DNA from: a virus
Lineage: Duplodnaviria; Caudoviricetes
DNA length: 33,848 bases
Reading direction: 5' to 3' (one strand)
Virus record (IMG/VR): IMGVR_UViG_3300014208_000095
Coordinates: 1 to 33,848 of that record
Position numbers and translations under genes: made by a program
The notes under the pieces: model-generated
Databases searched by the model: none
The model's input: only the letters and a program-made list of their open reading frames with translations
What the model was told of the DNA's origin: nothing
In this document: positions 32,026 to 33,848 of the stretch, in pieces
Layout: every line of letters starts with the position of its first letter
How positions within the stretch are numbered: position 1 is the first letter of the stretch

Positions 32026-32060
32026 ACTCTATATACTTAAGCTCTTACGAGCGGAATAAA

Positions 32061-32174
32061 TTATTTTAGTTTACTTAGATTATCTATGAATTGTTGACGA
32101 GCTTGTTCAATAGCTATTTCGCTGTCATGTTCAATTTTGATTTCTGTTGCTGTTGTAGGTTTTTTATTTTTCAT
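32061..32174 (-). CDS. Hypothetical protein, 37 aa
   Basis: MKNKKPTTATEIKIEHDSEIAIEQARQQFIDNLSKLK fills a gap on the coding strand. Confidence 0.5.
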   Translation of the reverse strand: MKNKKPTTATEIKIEHDSEIAIEQARQQFIDNLSKLK

Positions 32175-32200
32175 ATAGTTAGTTCCCTTGTGGGGGTTAG

Positions 32201-32503
32201 TTATTCTTTGTTAAGGAGGGAGATAAAACATTTTTTACATACAAAATTTTCTTCTTTACAATCAGGACAGTAAAGAGTTGAAAATGTACCTTTTCCTACT
32301 GGAACTGAAAATCTGAAATTATGTAATTCTTTCGCTATCCTCTCATCTTCCTCTTGTACTGCTTGGGTGAGGAGGGAGTCAAGTTTTTCTCTAAATCGTT
32401 CCCCGTCATTCTCGTCATTATCAATTAAATGGGCGTAATTTTCTTTGCACCATTTCCCAATAAAATCATTGAATAATTCTCGTGCTTGTTGTTTTAGGGT
32501 CAT
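32201..32503 (-). CDS. Hypothetical protein with C-terminal zinc finger, 100 aa
   Basis: CPDC...CKKC. Confidence 0.65.
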   Translation of the reverse strand: MTLKQQARELFNDFIGKWCKENYAHLIDNDENDGERFREKLDSLLTQAVQEEDERIAKELHNFRFSVPVGKGTFSTLYCPDCKEENFVCKKCFISLLNKE

Positions 32504-32521
32504 AGTATTTAGGGGTTATTT

Positions 32522-32875
32522 TTAAATTCCTAACATTCTATGTAATTGTGCAAGTCCTGCACTTCTTGCATTTTGTTTATCTTTATATTCTAACCGTTCA
32601 TTTTCTGTTTTTTCCAAACAATCAATTAAATTAAAAAGTGCTTCTGCTCTTTTGGCGTGTAATCTTGCTTCAAATTCTGTATCCCTATAATCTTCCCCGA
32701 AAGATCCCAAAATTGGTGCGACAGCGAGTGAATTTTCAACTCGTGAATATGCCAACTCCATTGTTTTTTTAATTTGCTCTTTATCTTTTATTAAGTCGGC
32801 ACAAAAACCAAACAATAATTTTACTTTTTCTGCAATCTCTATTATTTTTTCTCGTTCGTTTTTTTCTTCTTTCAT
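32522..32875 (-). CDS. Hypothetical helical protein, 117 aa
   Basis: Coding-strand ORF with AT-rich start context. Confidence 0.7.
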   Translation of the reverse strand: MKEEKNEREKIIEIAEKVKLLFGFCADLIKDKEQIKKTMELAYSRVENSLAVAPILGSFGEDYRDTEFEARLHAKRAEALFNLIDCLEKTENERLEYKDKQNARSAGLAQLHRMLGI

Positions 32876-32919
32876 ATTATAAGGTTAATTAGTTATATAT
32901 TATTCCCCACTAGGGGTGA

Positions 32920-33138
32920 TTAGATTATTCCTAAATTAGGCATTAAAATTTTACCATTAGGACACTGAACAAAATCATCTTGTTTTCCAAATACTTGTTC
33001 TGTCCATTGCTTTTTCCATTCTTCTTTTGTCATATTCGGGCGGACATCGTATTCAATTTTTACATCACCTAAATCAAAACTTCCCTGTGCATCTTTCCAT
33101 AATTCATCTAATATAATATTTATTGGTGCTCCTACCAT
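32920..33138 (-). CDS. Hypothetical protein, 72 aa
   Basis: Coding-strand ORF with TAAT-ATG start. Confidence 0.6.
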   Translation of the reverse strand: MVGAPINIILDELWKDAQGSFDLGDVKIEYDVRPNMTKEEWKKQWTEQVFGKQDDFVQCPNGKILMPNLGII

Positions 33139-33152
33139 ATTATTTTATTGAG

Positions 33153-33848
33153 TTAAACAATTATTTTGCCGTCTTTAATTCTGCCTTTTTCTTGTAAGAG
33201 TTTTATTGCTTTCTCTATTTCATCATCTTTTTTCGTTGGCACAAGTCCTGTAATTCGTGTAAATATTGCTTCGTCCCATTCAGGCAAACTCATAAGATAA
33301 TCAATAGCGTCTTGTGGCATACCTTCCCACGCTTTAGCTGGCTTACCCCATTCATTAAGTGTTGACCACATTTTAGAAGCGTCTACTTTTTTCCAATCAT
33401 TCCCATTTTGCAAATATAATTCAAATCCATTATTAAATGTCGGTTTCCAACCATTGAGCTTGTTTTTGTATTTTGTCATTACCTCGTCAATTCTTTCCTC
33501 AGTTACTTTTGTCTTGAATAATTTGAAACACACTCCTTTTTCATCAGCAACAAACAAACAATTATATACCCCATAAGAGTTTATGACTGCGTCAGACCCA
33601 TTGACTGCGTTAGACCAATTGACTGCGTCAGACCCATTGACTGCGTTAGACCAATTGACTGCGTTAGACCTATTGACTGCGTTAGACCAATTGACTGCGT
33701 CAGACCTATTGACTGCGTCAGACCTATTGACTGCGTTAGACCCATTGACTGCGTTAGACCCATTGACTGCGTTAGACCCATTGACTGCGTTAGACCCATT
33801 GACTGCGTTAGACCCATTGACTGCGTTAGACCCATTGACTGCGTTAGA
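33153..33848 (-). CDS. 5'-truncated hexapeptide-repeat (S[ND]AVN[GWR])n phage protein
   Basis: The repeat frame TCT AAC GCA GTC AAT GGG runs without a stop into ...SDAVINSYGVYNCLFVADEKG (ORF 33153..33557). The C-terminal AW..MP..AIDYL.SLPEWDEAIFTRITG resembles that of phage Asn/Gly-repeat proteins. Confidence 0.8.
   Translation of the reverse strand, partial: SNAVNGSNAVNGSNAVNGSNAVNGSNAVNGSNAVNGSNAVNRSDAVNRSDAVNWSNAVNRSNAVNWSNAVNGSDAVNWSNAVNGSDAVINSYGVYNCLFVADEKGVCFKLFKTKVTEERIDEVMTKYKNKLNGWKPTFNNGFELYLQNGNDWKKVDASKMWSTLNEWGKPAKAWEGMPQDAIDYLMSLPEWDEAIFTRITGLVPTKKDDEIEKAIKLLQEKGRIKDGKIIV
33585..33848. repeat. 18-bp tandem repeat, at least 15 units, running off the window end
   Basis: GACTGCGT(T/C)AGACC(C/A/T)ATT units start every 18 bp from 33585 to 33837. 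Confidence 0.97.

Larger units (their letters stand above)
1..33848 (-). mobile_element. Tailed dsDNA phage genome segment (podovirus-like morphogenesis and lysis modules), probably infecting a Patescibacteria/CPR host
   Basis: Co-oriented TerS-TerL-portal-scaffold-capsid-tail-fibre-holin order; no tape measure or tail sheath/tube recognised; no bacterial housekeeping context. Host assignment is inferred from SD-less starts, ST-rich motifs and DnaA-box promoters. Confidence 0.93.

Noticed and set aside
33581-33835. ORF-track protein (MGLTQS)n, or a CRISPR array
   Set aside because: Wrong frame: the S[ND]AVN[GWR] frame is continuous with the downstream gene. Units are contiguous with no unique spacers, so it is not CRISPR.
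4646-33848. Diversity-generating retroelement acting on the fibre or the repeat gene
   Set aside because: No reverse transcriptase and no template/variable repeat pair seen in the window.
1-33848. Stop-codon reassignment
   Set aside because: Long intact ORFs under code 11; TAA, TAG and TGA all end genes at coupled junctions.
1-33848. tRNA/rRNA genes, integrase, att sites
   Set aside because: No cloverleaf with a T-loop or recombinase motif was recognised; prophage versus free phage cannot be decided.

Overview
The window is about 34 kb of an AT-rich tailed dsDNA phage genome, with nearly all genes on the minus strand. In transcription order (right to left) it carries small early/accessory genes, including an Acb2/Tad1-like protein and a hexapeptide-repeat protein cut by the window edge. 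These are followed by a phage GroEL, small and large terminase, portal, scaffold, two paralogous cement-like proteins and the major capsid protein. Next come podovirus-like tail and ejection genes (one with a C-terminal CHAP domain), a collagen-repeat protein, a 2043-aa fibre/adhesin and a lysis-like block (holin-like proteins plus a papain-fold cysteine peptidase). Core genes lack Shine-Dalgarno (SD) sites, exported proteins are rich in [AT][ST]ST motifs, and DnaA boxes abut promoters; together these suggest a Patescibacteria (CPR) host, which is an inference. Three things stand out. (i) Two cassettes of tiny genes carry perfect GGAGGT SD sites, each behind a boxA-like GTTCTTT(T)ACA(A/T)T motif and a structured RNA; one is a ~60% GC island of three zinc-ribbon genes. 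(ii) A ~170-nt tetraloop-rich, switch-like RNA and a convergent antisense sRNA flank the other cassette. (iii) Several virion genes encode signal peptides or membrane anchors followed by an acidic-LG[A/G] motif. No integrase, tRNA, rRNA or CRISPR array was seen. All protein calls are from motif recognition and gene order, not database searches.
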